Source: Candidatus Latescibacterota bacterium
Lineage (GTDB): Bacteria > Latescibacterota > UBA2968
NCBI GenBank assembly: GCA_965204375.1
Contig: OZ241986.1
Coordinates: forward strand, 1-64,000
Direction of reading: 5' to 3'
Length of the DNA stretch: 64,000 nt
The notes beneath the pieces were generated by a model, which saw nothing but the letters and a program-made list of their open reading frames with translations, was not told the DNA's origin and did no database searches. Shown one piece after another: positions 36,787 through 47,157 of this stretch; position 1 is the stretch's first letter; every line of letters starts with the position of its first letter. The translations under genes and the position numbers were made by a program.

Positions 36787-38088
36787 TCAATCTGCGAAAA
36801 CGGATTCGGGTACGCGGTCGCGGTAGGCTTCGATGGGCGGTAGATTGCCGTCGGCTTCGGTTTCGAGGGGGCGCAGCCCGGTCAGGATTTCGAGGTCGTC
36901 GCGGATGTCGGCCTGTGCCAGATAGGCTTCAGAGGCTTCGACTTCACCCAGGTCGAGTGTGTTGGGGATCCAGAGTACGCGGGCGTCTTCCGGCGCGATG
37001 AGGCCAACGGATTCGAGGGCGATGTCGAGGACTTCGGCGTCTGTGTCGCAGTGCAGCGGGACCGCCCCTGCTGAAACGTGTTGTCCGGTGATGACATTGG
37101 TATAGGTGGCGTGATAGTCGATTTTATCGACGAGACGCCTGGTGGCAAATTCGGCCATGCCGATGCCGGTGGCGTTGCCGTGCGTGGCTTCGGTGAGATC
37201 GCGCACAAAGATGCGCAAGACGCGCGGGGTTTCGTCGCCCATTGCGCGGCGGTCGTTGCGTTTGCGCCCGATGACGTTGGTGTCCATGCCCGAGCCGGAG
37301 ATGTTTTTGCCCATTTCGTCGATGATGAGCAGATCGACATCATCGAAGGGCAGTGAGGGACACCACTCTTTGGATTTGGCTTGCAGCACTTTTTCGCGTT
37401 CTTCAAAGTCTGCCGCGGGAATGGCTTCGATAAGTGCGGTTTCGTCATAGCCGTTTTCAAGGGTGGCTACGCCAAAGGTAATGGGCATTTCCTCGCGCAC
37501 GACTTGGCCGACTAAGCGCACGATTTTGTCAAAGGAATGGTGGATGATGGCGCGGTGATACACCGAGGCGCCTTTGTGTTTGCCCAGGCCTATGAGCATC
37601 ATTTTCATCAGTCCGCTTTCAATTTCGCCGGCAAATCCCGTATGTGGTTTGACGCGGTTGACCACAATGACGTGATCGGCTTCGGATGCGTGTTTGTCAA
37701 AGTAGATGGGCATGCCAAAATCCGATACGCCGATCTGGACGACGTCCATCGACGATTTGATTGGGCAACCCATTGTGCCTTCGGTGATGCCATATCCGGC
37801 CAGGACCTGGGTTTGTCCTTCGGCTGTGCCTCCGCCGTGCGATCCCATTGCGGGTACGATGTAGGGGACAGCGCCAATGGCTTTCATTTCTTCGACGATG
37901 GTTTTGATGATGGTGTCGATGTTGGCGACGCCGCGGCTGCCCGCGGTTATGGCGACGGTTTGACCGGGTTTGATCACAGAACTGGGATTGATTCTGGCGA
38001 TTTCATCGCGCACAGTGCCGGCGATGTCATCGACGCGAGGAGCGTCAAAGTGCTGACGAATGCGGAACATTTGCGGGTAAGTCGGCAT
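36787..38088 (-). CDS. LarA-like (DUF2088) nickel-pincer racemase/epimerase family protein
   Basis: AGSRG, PAMGSHGG, NRVKPHT, GKNISGSGMDTNVIGR. Confidence 0.8.
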   Translation of the reverse strand: MPTYPQMFRIRQHFDAPRVDDIAGTVRDEIARINPSSVIKPGQTVAITAGSRGVANIDTIIKTIVEEMKAIGAVPYIVPAMGSHGGGTAEGQTQVLAGYGITEGTMGCPIKSSMDVVQIGVSDFGMPIYFDKHASEADHVIVVNRVKPHTGFAGEIESGLMKMMLIGLGKHKGASVYHRAIIHHSFDKIVRLVGQVVREEMPITFGVATLENGYDETALIEAIPAADFEEREKVLQAKSKEWCPSLPFDDVDLLIIDEMGKNISGSGMDTNVIGRKRNDRRAMGDETPRVLRIFVRDLTEATHGNATGIGMAEFATRRLVDKIDYHATYTNVITGQHVSAGAVPLHCDTDAEVLDIALESVGLIAPEDARVLWIPNTLDLGEVEASEAYLAQADIRDDLEILTGLRPLETEADGNLPPIEAYRDRVPESVFAD

Positions 38089-38115
38089 GGTTTATCCTCC
38101 TGTTGTGATTTGCTA

Positions 38116-39276
38116 TCACATGGATTCTTCGTAAAGGGCGATTACGTCTTTTATCGTTGTTTTGCGCGGGTTGATCTGAATATTGCCGCTTTTCATCGCG
38201 TCTTCGGCCATGACAGGGATGCCTTCGGCTTTTGCACCTGCTTCTCCCAATGTGGTGGGAATACCCACGTCTTCGGATAGATTTTGTACGGCTTCTACCG
38301 CGAGAACAGATGCGTCAACAGCGCTCAATCCATTGACATCTTCGCCCATGGCAGCGGCGATGTCGGCGAATTTCTCTGGGCAGGCATAGCGATTGTAGGT
38401 CATGATGCGGGTGAGCAAGATTGAGTTGGCAATGCCGTGTGGCACGCCGTAGTGACCGCCAACCGGATGCGACATGGCATGTACGTTTCCCAAACGCGTT
38501 TGTGAGAATGCGAACCCGGCCATGGTGCTGGCGATGATCATGTTTTGCGTGGCCTCGTGGTTGTGGTCGCTGTACGCGGCTTGTCGCAAATTTTGCGAGA
38601 TGAGGCGGATGGCGTGCAGGGCCATGCCTTCGGAGATGGGGTTGGACATCAGCGATACATAGGATTCAATGGCGTGTGTCAATGCATCCATTCCGGTCGC
38701 TGCGGCTATGGGCAGCGGCAATGCGACGGCCATATCGGCATCGAGTATACCCACATCGGGAATGACATGGGGTCCCGCGACGGTGCCTTTGAAGTGGTTG
38801 TCGTCGGTAATGACGGCAAAGGGCGTGACTTCACTGGCTGTGCCATAGGTGGTGGGGACGCACAGGAGAAAGGGGATGGGACCGGGAACGGGTTTTTCGC
38901 CGATAAAATAATCGGTGATTTTCCCCCCGTGATTGACGAGTACGCCCGAGGTTTTTGCCACGTCCATTGAGGATCCCCCGCCAATGGCGAGCAGGAAATC
39001 GCATTTTTCCGACTGGTATTGCGCGGCACAATCCTCGACGTTGCGGATGGGGGGGTTGGGTTCAACGCCGTCGTAGATGCTGTAGGCGATGTGCGATTTG
39101 TCGAGTATTTCTGTAACGCGCGCGACAACGCCAGCCTGGACGAGACCTCCGTCGGTGACGATTTGTGCCTTTTTTACCTGCTGTTCGTTTAAAATTTGGG
39201 GGATGTTGCCAATAGTCCCTCGCCCCATGATGAGGCGCGTGGGACCGTGATAACCAGAGTGATCTTGAAACGCCAC
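38116..39276 (-). CDS. Iron-containing alcohol dehydrogenase
   Basis: GGGSSMD, PTTYGTASE, DALTHAIE, HAMSH, PHG. True start likely GTG 39276 after AGAGGAG; the ORF-track extension to 39900 is spurious. Confidence 0.92.
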   Translation of the reverse strand: MAFQDHSGYHGPTRLIMGRGTIGNIPQILNEQQVKKAQIVTDGGLVQAGVVARVTEILDKSHIAYSIYDGVEPNPPIRNVEDCAAQYQSEKCDFLLAIGGGSSMDVAKTSGVLVNHGGKITDYFIGEKPVPGPIPFLLCVPTTYGTASEVTPFAVITDDNHFKGTVAGPHVIPDVGILDADMAVALPLPIAAATGMDALTHAIESYVSLMSNPISEGMALHAIRLISQNLRQAAYSDHNHEATQNMIIASTMAGFAFSQTRLGNVHAMSHPVGGHYGVPHGIANSILLTRIMTYNRYACPEKFADIAAAMGEDVNGLSAVDASVLAVEAVQNLSEDVGIPTTLGEAGAKAEGIPVMAEDAMKSGNIQINPRKTTIKDVIALYEESM

Positions 39277-39403
39277 GAGCAAACTCCTCTGCGATTTTTT
39301 TCGGCGATAGTAGTTTGAAAAAAGAAAATGGTTTTTGATGGTGTTGTCAATCAGATAAAAATGCGGGAAAGGCAGGGGCTGGGTGGACTGGCAACTGGCA
39401 ACT

Positions 39404-42373
39404 TTAAAACGACATGCCGAGTCGGACGTAGTAGCCGACGCCCTCTGGATCGGTGAATCGGTATGCCACGCCGAGGCGGTAGCGGATTGCCGAATAGAGG
39501 ATGTAATAGTCGATGATAATCTCGGTGCCGGCTGATAGGAGTGGGCGAGATTGCGAGGTGTCGCGCCCATAGGTGTTGGCGGCGTCGGCGAAGAATGTCC
39601 AGAAGATGCGGTTGTAATGTATCGGCCACGCCCGCAGGCCGCGGTTCTCCAATGCGAGGGGGGCGCGGTATTCCAGCGATGCGGACCAGGCGTGCTGTCC
39701 CGATCGCGTTGATGTATCGTATCCACGCACAGGAAAAGTGATCGACTCAGCGCCTCCGATGTCGAAGTAGCTGTTGTCGCTGCCCGGTCCCCGAGATGCG
39801 CCAGCACTCGTGCGCAGTGCCAGGACGGGTGCCGCGAATTGTCGTCCCGGAAACCAGTGTGGTAGTCGCGCATAGGTCCTGACTGTGCCTCTGATGTCAT
39901 CTATGGAGCGGTCGTTTGAGGCGGGAGAGAGGTCGTGGCGTCGCCTGACGCGGACGGAAAATGATGTGCCGATCGCCTGTCCCATCTGAAAGGCGGATGA
40001 GCGCGCATTGGTGGCGGATAATCGCACCGATAGTTCGCCCAGGGTGCTGCGTGGATCGTCGAGTCGATACCGATACGTTTTCCGTAGTGCGGAGTCCAGT
40101 ACTTCCCAGTTCTTTCGCACCAGTCCGCCAGAGACTGTGAATGAGACACTGCTCCGCGCCTTTGGCTTTACCATCGTCATTGACCCTGAGGCTCTGCGTT
40201 CCCGCTCGAGGACGAAGAAGGTTTCGGTTGGGGCATCGGTGCTCTCCTGGTATAATCTGGCGCCGTCTTCGTCCCAGTCCTGCGATAGGGATAACCCGAG
40301 CGAAGGATTCCCCAGCCCGTAATAGCGGTAAGATAAATCGCCTGCTACTCTTTCGTCAGAATACGATCGAACTGGCAGGAATATGCGAGCGCCGACGGTG
40401 TATGAGTGCCGGCGCACGAGGTCGATCCCGGAGGTGCGAGCGCCGATGGATGTGCCGAGTACTTTAGTGCGGCGTATCGTCGTTTCTCCCTTGCGGTGAG
40501 CGGGTACTGAGATGGGGTGATTCCATATGGGTTCCCAGTAGTAGGGACGCAGGGTTGCAAGTGGTGAGTAGGCGCGCACCGGTCCTTCTGCGTGTCCGCG
40601 TGGTCTGTTGGCGACCTCGGCAGTGATGTGTGTCGAGTCAGTGTGAAGCGCGGTTGGTGCAGCAGTGGGATTGAAGGGGATGCGTTCGATCTCCCAGCCA
40701 TCGACGTGGTAAGCCGAGAAGTAGAGCCAGCGGCCCGACGGATCGACGCTGGGATACGCCGCCCCTGTGCGGAGATTGGTTAGCATGACGGGGGGCGAGA
40801 CTTGCCCGTTATCGACTTTTGTCGCGAGTATGTTCGGGATGCCGCTGCGGTCAGATGCCCAGACCAGCCACTGGCCGTTGGTGCTCCATGATGGGGCGAA
40901 GTCGAGGGCGCGGTCGCGGGTCACTTCGCAGATGAGGTTGCCATGTGTATCGAGGAGGACGATGTCGTGGTGCCCTCGGGTCCAGCGGGTTGCCGCGATC
41001 CATTGGCCATCGGGTGAGATTGCCGGGTACGCCCAGTGGATATCCGGGTCGGGAGGGACCAGCATTTCGATGGCACCGTTGCCGAGATTGACCCGCGCCA
41101 GCCCGCTGGTTCCCCCTCCTTCGACGACTGCGACTGCCCAGCCTGCAGGACTGGCCGATGGGGCGGTTAAGCGGGCGCGAGTTGTTATGCGTCGTACATC
41201 ACTGCCCGGCGTTGCGCGGTAGAGATCTCTAAATCTGCGATAGCGACCAGCAAATTCATATTGCGCGAAGACGATGTCTCCATTGGGGGTGAAGGCAAAT
41301 GTGGTGCTGCCGTTGGTCAGGGCTACGGTCGATTCATCACTGCCATCTAATCTGGTTGATACCAGTTTGGCATCTGACCGTCCATCTGATCGGATGTAGT
41401 ACAGTGTTTTGCCATCGGGCGATACTTTTGGGTGGTATGCATAGCGGGCACCGCGGGTTATCGCCTGTGGCTCGGTGATTGCACCGAATCTGGCGAGGTG
41501 GGTGTCCAGTTTTGCCGCCGCCACCCGCTGTGTATCTGCCCACGCTTTCCACTCGCTCGTCAAGGTGATGCCAAAGGCGCTGCGACCAGCAGCATCGAGG
41601 CGGTAGGGGATCCACTGTTTTTCCACTGCTTTGACGAAGGCTATCATGCGGTCGCGTCCGTATTTTTGTATCAGGTGTTCGAAGAAGAGCGATCCGTAAG
41701 CATAAGCACGGGTGCCACCCGGCCACTGGGGCGAGTTGCCACCCGCCTGACCGATGGACTCAAACCGCCCTTCGAGAGCCGCTGTTCGCAGTACCATTTT
41801 GTGGAATGTTCCAAGAGTGCGTCCGGTGCCAGTCAGTGCCGATTCGTACCAGACGGCAATGCCTTCGCGTACCCACCGCGGTGTGGCACCTGCGGGGAAT
41901 GATAAGAAGGGTACTGGTGCTCTTCCAAAAGGTTTGTACAACCAGCTATAACGGCCCGGACGGTCAATGTGGAAGATGTGGGTCAGTTCGTGTACAATGA
42001 CGTTTTCCAACCGATCATTGTAATAAGCACGTCCGAAAGAATCGATCGGTGGGCGGGCGTAGATGGTGATTCGGTTCGAGGGCCACACACCCGCGAAGCC
42101 ATTCGAGGTGTCGATGTGATCGGTTAGTACGAGGTCGATTATACCGCGTGGTCCGGCGATGAATTGTTCGGATAGCCGGGCATGCGCCCATTCTGCACGT
42201 TCCGCTGCCCTGCGTCCCAAGTCTTCGAGATGCGCGGGAAACGTGACGCGGAAATGTTCGGTATCGAGCGTGCGCCACGATTCGTCCGGCGCAATGCGTT
42301 GCGCCGATGCCGTAGCTGTGCATAAGGCGATGACGAGTAATACTTTTATCCCTATACCTATTCTCGATCTCAT
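39404..42373 (-). CDS. Exported protein: gluzincin-like domain + TolB/PD40 beta-propeller + Omp85/BamA-like C-terminal barrel
   Basis: Signal peptide; HELTH...REG; SPDG/PSWS repeats; VRGY motif; terminal YVRLGMSF. Confidence 0.75.
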   Translation of the reverse strand: MRSRIGIGIKVLLVIALCTATASAQRIAPDESWRTLDTEHFRVTFPAHLEDLGRRAAERAEWAHARLSEQFIAGPRGIIDLVLTDHIDTSNGFAGVWPSNRITIYARPPIDSFGRAYYNDRLENVIVHELTHIFHIDRPGRYSWLYKPFGRAPVPFLSFPAGATPRWVREGIAVWYESALTGTGRTLGTFHKMVLRTAALEGRFESIGQAGGNSPQWPGGTRAYAYGSLFFEHLIQKYGRDRMIAFVKAVEKQWIPYRLDAAGRSAFGITLTSEWKAWADTQRVAAAKLDTHLARFGAITEPQAITRGARYAYHPKVSPDGKTLYYIRSDGRSDAKLVSTRLDGSDESTVALTNGSTTFAFTPNGDIVFAQYEFAGRYRRFRDLYRATPGSDVRRITTRARLTAPSASPAGWAVAVVEGGGTSGLARVNLGNGAIEMLVPPDPDIHWAYPAISPDGQWIAATRWTRGHHDIVLLDTHGNLICEVTRDRALDFAPSWSTNGQWLVWASDRSGIPNILATKVDNGQVSPPVMLTNLRTGAAYPSVDPSGRWLYFSAYHVDGWEIERIPFNPTAAPTALHTDSTHITAEVANRPRGHAEGPVRAYSPLATLRPYYWEPIWNHPISVPAHRKGETTIRRTKVLGTSIGARTSGIDLVRRHSYTVGARIFLPVRSYSDERVAGDLSYRYYGLGNPSLGLSLSQDWDEDGARLYQESTDAPTETFFVLERERRASGSMTMVKPKARSSVSFTVSGGLVRKNWEVLDSALRKTYRYRLDDPRSTLGELSVRLSATNARSSAFQMGQAIGTSFSVRVRRRHDLSPASNDRSIDDIRGTVRTYARLPHWFPGRQFAAPVLALRTSAGASRGPGSDNSYFDIGGAESITFPVRGYDTSTRSGQHAWSASLEYRAPLALENRGLRAWPIHYNRIFWTFFADAANTYGRDTSQSRPLLSAGTEIIIDYYILYSAIRYRLGVAYRFTDPEGVGYYVRLGMSF

Positions 42374-42381
42374 CGTTATAA

Positions 42382-44364
42382 TTAAAAATTGTGGAAGCCG
42401 TGTCCCGAGCCGGGGAACCAGATGAGGTCTATGACCATTCCGACGCCAATGCCGGTGCAATAGCCAATTACTGTGCCGTAGAAGAAGGGTTTTGCGCGTT
42501 CGTAGAGGCGGGGACCGCCAAAATGGACGATGAGGAGTTTGGCTGCCCAGACCATGAGTATGCTCAGGGCGTAATAGCGCGGTCCAGTTGTGTATTGAAA
42601 TGCGAGGCCGAGGGGATGCAGCGGCCAGCGGGGAAACCAGGTGCGCAGGCCCGCCAATAATGCGGCTATTCCCGCTCCGAGGAGCCAGATGCCGAGTTTT
42701 TGGAGGTCAAAAGATGTTTTTTCGGTTTCGCCCAATGCGCGCCCAATTCCACCAAAAATACCCAGGGGTCCTTCCCAGAGGGTCCACGAACGCAGGAAGA
42801 GCGCGGAGTCCCGATAACAATAGTAGATGATGGTGGCGGCACAGACAAAGAAGCCCATGGTGAATGCGAGAAAGACGACGCTACTCGTCCAGTGTTTGCC
42901 GCGTTCTGCGGGTACATCGTCCATGGCTTTGAAGTGGTGGGGCAATACTTGCATGGTTTGTATGCGTCCACCGCCGTAGAATACGCCGCTGTTGACGAGG
43001 TGCATTGCGGTCATTTCGCGGGTCGATAAGGTGGCTGTGCCGAGGATGGCGTTGACAAAGCCCGATCCTTTGATCCACACGGGGAAGAGATATCCAAATC
43101 CGCTGGCGGCAATGAATTTGGAGGTCGCAAAATACGCGATGAACATCATTAGCAGATGGACAATTGCGAGAGATAGCGACATGCCCAGGGATATGAAAAA
43201 GCTACAGAGGTATAACACGGAAATGATCAGGCCGATAACGGCGAAGCGATAGGAGATGGGGCCATCGCCGCGGTCGCCTCTTAAGGCGGTTTTTGCCACA
43301 TGTACCAGATGTCGCCGCGCGATCCATACAGACCAGACGACGAGCACGGTCATTGCTCCGTGGCTTTCGAGGTTGACGATTTCTCCCCCTTTGGCAACTT
43401 GTCCTTCTAAACCGACTGTGAAACCGGTGCGGTTGATGACGCCCATTTTGACTACGGCGAAGAGGCCAAAGAACCAGAAGCTGAACAGAAGATCCAGACT
43501 GCACAAATATCCGAGGCCAATGACCAGGGGTAAGACGCGCAAATAGACGGGCGGAAAGCTCTGTGCAACGGTCATGGATTTGGTGTTGATGCTGTCAAAT
43601 AGCGTGATGCGGGGTACGTTGGGAAACCAGAAGTTGATGATGTTCCATCCGATGATGCCTGCGGTCCAGGCAAAGCCAGCCCAGAAGACGGGATCGCGGA
43701 AAATTTTGGGCAATGCGCGGCCTTCGCCAAAGCCCTCCATGAGGTCCATGGGGAAGTTGACGAGTGGATAGGTCAAGCGCTCGGCATCGGCCCATTGGCG
43801 GTGAAAGATGGCGATGACAAAAAATCCGGCGGCCATGAAGGCCAGTACGCCAGAGAACCACCATAAGACGGATGGTATCCAGCCTGTCCAGGGGACAGTT
43901 TCGCCCGTGTGCAGGCCAAAGTAGAAGCGGTCCATGATCCAGGGCGTGGGTTCGGGAAATGCCCAGTGGGGCAGTTCATCTAAGAACAATTCTGCCCAGC
44001 GATTTTCCGGCGATGCAAAAAAATAAGGTGCGGGCAATGCGCCGATAAAATATCCCATCCAGCCGACGCCGGGCATCATACCCACGATCCACATGGTGGC
44101 AAAGATGACCATCATTTCGTGACGCGAGAGCACAGATTGGGGCGCGATCCGGGCGATGATCATGTTGATCACGACCCAGAGGAGGAATCCCAGGATGAGG
44201 GCGACGGGAAAACTGGATTTGACCATCGATCCCGCGTGGAGTACGATTTCAAGGACATTTTGAGAATAGGCCATCAGACCGGCGGTGAGCAGGCCAAGGA
44301 GGATAGATCGCCCGGTGATACGCGGTGATTCAGTCGGTTGGATTTGGGGATCGGGTAGAGCCAT
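42382..44364 (-). CDS. Polytopic membrane protein, DUF6785/DUF6784-like (putative peptide transporter)
   Basis: Many TM helices; ASPENRW, RQW..ERLTYPL, WPLHPLG, PFFYG. Confidence 0.7.
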   Translation of the reverse strand: MALPDPQIQPTESPRITGRSILLGLLTAGLMAYSQNVLEIVLHAGSMVKSSFPVALILGFLLWVVINMIIARIAPQSVLSRHEMMVIFATMWIVGMMPGVGWMGYFIGALPAPYFFASPENRWAELFLDELPHWAFPEPTPWIMDRFYFGLHTGETVPWTGWIPSVLWWFSGVLAFMAAGFFVIAIFHRQWADAERLTYPLVNFPMDLMEGFGEGRALPKIFRDPVFWAGFAWTAGIIGWNIINFWFPNVPRITLFDSINTKSMTVAQSFPPVYLRVLPLVIGLGYLCSLDLLFSFWFFGLFAVVKMGVINRTGFTVGLEGQVAKGGEIVNLESHGAMTVLVVWSVWIARRHLVHVAKTALRGDRGDGPISYRFAVIGLIISVLYLCSFFISLGMSLSLAIVHLLMMFIAYFATSKFIAASGFGYLFPVWIKGSGFVNAILGTATLSTREMTAMHLVNSGVFYGGGRIQTMQVLPHHFKAMDDVPAERGKHWTSSVVFLAFTMGFFVCAATIIYYCYRDSALFLRSWTLWEGPLGIFGGIGRALGETEKTSFDLQKLGIWLLGAGIAALLAGLRTWFPRWPLHPLGLAFQYTTGPRYYALSILMVWAAKLLIVHFGGPRLYERAKPFFYGTVIGYCTGIGVGMVIDLIWFPGSGHGFHNF

Positions 44365-44498
44365 TTTGTGCTCCGTATTTAGAATGCGCGTTAATATACG
44401 ATGCCCGAATAGAGGTGTCAAACGCCTGAGGGTAGTATTTGTCAATTTGTGATATTGGGATTATTATGATGGGTGAAGGGTTGGGTGGTTAGGAAGGT

Positions 44499-44587
44499 AT
44501 CCGCAGATGGCCGCAGATGAAAGGCGAGAGGCAAAAGGGGACTGGGGGCTGGTGGGTGGGGATTTCACCCTTCACCCTTCACACTTT
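44499..44587. repeat. Short intergenic repeats (CCGCAGATG x2; TTCACCC repeats)
   Basis: CCGCAGATGGCCGCAGATGA is the reverse complement of the motif at 48635-48663; CCCTTCACCC is the inverse of GGGTGAAGGG at 44471. Confidence 0.6.
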
Positions 44588-44590
44588 CTC

Positions 44591-44845
44591 ATGGCACGCA
44601 AAGATATTCGAACCATTTCGATTTTTTGTGCGAAATGTAAAACACTGCTGTACAAATACCGCAAGGGTGGGCGAGGCGGATTGGTGAAGTGCATGGTGGA
44701 ACGGATTGCCGAAGACCATACCCGGGGGGATATGAAATGCCCAAAATGCAGACAGGCGTTTGCGAGGTTCAGGATGTATGGTCGGCAGGCCGCGCACAAA
44801 ATTATACAGGGAAAGGTTTTTACGAAGGGTATGAGTAGGCGGTAA
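44591..44845 (+). CDS. Small basic zinc-ribbon protein
   Basis: CAKC...LVKC...CPKC; ATG 44591. Confidence 0.7.
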   Translation: MARKDIRTISIFCAKCKTLLYKYRKGGRGGLVKCMVERIAEDHTRGDMKCPKCRQAFARFRMYGRQAAHKIIQGKVFTKGMSRR

Positions 44846-44865
44846 AAAAAAGGAGTGAAAACACG

Positions 44866-46056
44866 ATGGCTGAATTTGTCGCGAATTACGATGAAGACAA
44901 GGTGCCCGATTACACATTGCCCGATCCGTTGATTTTTGAAGATGGGACAAAGGTCGAAGATGCGGCCAGTTGGCAACAACGGAGGGCAGAGATTTTGTCT
45001 TTGTTTGAAACACAGGTGTATGGCAAGATGCCAGGTGCTGCGGCGGGCATGCATTTTGAGACGCGGTTTGTGAATGGAGATGCGTTGGACGGGATTTGTA
45101 AGGAAGTTCGCGTTTACTTTTCCGCAGATGCGGAGCCGCGAATGGATATTTTAATTTTTTTGCCAAAAGACGCCGATGGGCCCGTGCCGTTGTTTGTGGG
45201 ATTGAATTTTGGGGGAAATCATACCGTTCAGCCCGATCCCCAAATTACATTGTCCGAGCGGTGGATGCGCTCGAAGACGGAAGGGGTTGTAGATCATCGG
45301 GCGACGGAAGCAGCGCGGGGGACGGCTGCGAGCAGGTGGCCTGCAGGGCGGATTTTAGCAAGGGGCTACGGTCTGGCTACGATTTATTGCGGCGATCTGG
45401 ATCCGGATTATGACGATGGGTTTCAAAATGGCGTGCATCCGCTTTTTGATAGGCAAAATACTGGGGATGACTGGGGGGCTATTGGCGCGTGGGCGTGGGG
45501 ATTGATGAGGGCGATGGATTATTTTGAGAGCGATGAGGCAATTGATCACGCGCGGGTTGCCGTGATGGGGCATTCGCGATTGGGCAAGACAGCGTTGTGG
45601 GCTGGCGCGCAAGACGCGCGGTTTGCCCTTGTGATTTCAAATAATTCGGGATGTGGGGGCGCAGCGCTTTCCCGCCGTCGATATGGCGAAACTGTGGGGC
45701 GGATTAATACCAGTTTTCCTCACTGGTTTTGCGACAATTTTAAGCGGTATAATGAGCGCGAAGACGATTTGCCCGTTGATCAGCATTTGCTCATTGCTCT
45801 AATGGCGCCTCGTCCGGTTTATGTTGCCAGTGCCGAAGAAGATCGCTGGGCGGATCCCCAGGGGGAGTTTTTGGGCGCGAAAAATGCCGATGCGGTTTAT
45901 CGTTTGTTGGGAACAGATGGTCTGGATGCTGAAAATATGCCGGGCGTTCACGAGCCGATTATGAGTCGAATTGGGTATCATATTCGCGCAGGTGGGCACG
46001 ATGTGACGAATTACGACTGGGACAGATATATGGATTTTGCCGATAAACACTGGTAA
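44866..46056 (+). CDS. CE15 glucuronoyl/acetylxylan esterase family protein
   Basis: [36 protein letters not shown]. Confidence 0.9.
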   Translation: MAEFVANYDEDKVPDYTLPDPLIFEDGTKVEDAASWQQRRAEILSLFETQVYGKMPGAAAGMHFETRFVNGDALDGICKEVRVYFSADAEPRMDILIFLPKDADGPVPLFVGLNFGGNHTVQPDPQITLSERWMRSKTEGVVDHRATEAARGTAASRWPAGRILARGYGLATIYCGDLDPDYDDGFQNGVHPLFDRQNTGDDWGAIGAWAWGLMRAMDYFESDEAIDHARVAVMGHSRLGKTALWAGAQDARFALVISNNSGCGGAALSRRRYGETVGRINTSFPHWFCDNFKRYNEREDDLPVDQHLLIALMAPRPVYVASAEEDRWADPQGEFLGAKNADAVYRLLGTDGLDAENMPGVHEPIMSRIGYHIRAGGHDVTNYDWDRYMDFADKHW

Positions 46057-46093
46057 AGAAGTTCGACGGATAGTTGAACAGAAAGGAATAGCT

Positions 46094-47146
46094 ATGGCAA
46101 CTCAAGTAGAACGATCTTACGCGCTTAAAGCTGTGCCGGGATTTTATTCGACGTGTTCGGGTATTCAGATTGCGGCGCAGACGTCGGATAATGCGAGCGA
46201 TGAAGATTTGCAATTTATGCAACAACTCGGCGTGGAATGGATGATGGTCGGCGTTGGTGACCAGGAGAACCAGAATGCCGATTATTACAAGGCGTTGAAG
46301 GCGCGGTTTGCAAAATACGGTTTGCAGATTTATCGCATTGCGAATCGCAGTGTACACAATATGCCCGAAGTGACCTTGAATTTGCCGGGGCGCGATGAGA
46401 AGGTCGAGGAATTTATCACTTTTATTCGCAATCTGGGCGAGGCGGGTATTCCGTACAATACGTATGCACACATGGGTAATGGGATCTGGAGTTCGGGGCG
46501 CACAACGCGGCGCGGGGGCATGGATGCGAGGACGCTCGATATCGAGAATGCCACAGGGCATTGGGACGGTCAAATTTTTGAAGGCAAATTGACACATGGG
46601 CGGGTGTATAGCGAAGACGAGCTTTGGGAGAATTACGAATATATGATCCGCAAGGTCGCGCCTGTTGCCGAAGAATCGGGTGTTTATATTGGTATTCATC
46701 CCGATGATCCCCCCGTGTATTCTCTGGGCGGAATTCCGCGTTGTATGTTTGGCAATTTTAAGGGGTACAAGCAGGCGATGGATATTGCAGATAGTCCAAA
46801 TATTGGGGTTTGTTTGTGCGTGGGGTGTTGGCTCGAAGGGGGTAAAGAGGGCATGGGCGTGGATGTGATTGAGGCTATTCACTATTTTGCCAGCCGCAAG
46901 AAGTTGTTTAAGGTGCATTTTCGCAATGTTTCAAATCCGATGCCAGAGCCGTGGACAGAGACTTTGATGGATGATGGGTACCAGGATATGCATGCGGTGA
47001 TGAAAGCTCTGCGAGAGGTGGCGTTTGACGGGGCGATTATTCCCGATCATATCCCGCAGATTCTGGGAGGCCATCGCGCGGGGGTGGCGTATTCGATTGC
47101 CTATATGCGCGCGCTGGTTCAGGCTGTGAATAACGAAGCGGGTTGA
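46094..47146 (+). CDS. uxuA: Mannonate dehydratase-like protein
   Basis: HPDDPP, VHFRNV, PDH motifs. Confidence 0.75.
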   Translation: MATQVERSYALKAVPGFYSTCSGIQIAAQTSDNASDEDLQFMQQLGVEWMMVGVGDQENQNADYYKALKARFAKYGLQIYRIANRSVHNMPEVTLNLPGRDEKVEEFITFIRNLGEAGIPYNTYAHMGNGIWSSGRTTRRGGMDARTLDIENATGHWDGQIFEGKLTHGRVYSEDELWENYEYMIRKVAPVAEESGVYIGIHPDDPPVYSLGGIPRCMFGNFKGYKQAMDIADSPNIGVCLCVGCWLEGGKEGMGVDVIEAIHYFASRKKLFKVHFRNVSNPMPEPWTETLMDDGYQDMHAVMKALREVAFDGAIIPDHIPQILGGHRAGVAYSIAYMRALVQAVNNEAG

Positions 47147-47157
47147 TGGGGATAACG

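Noticed and set aside
39277-39900. N-terminal extension of the alcohol dehydrogenase ORF
   Set aside because: It overlaps the Omp85-like gene in another frame, and a good SD plus GTG lies at 39276.
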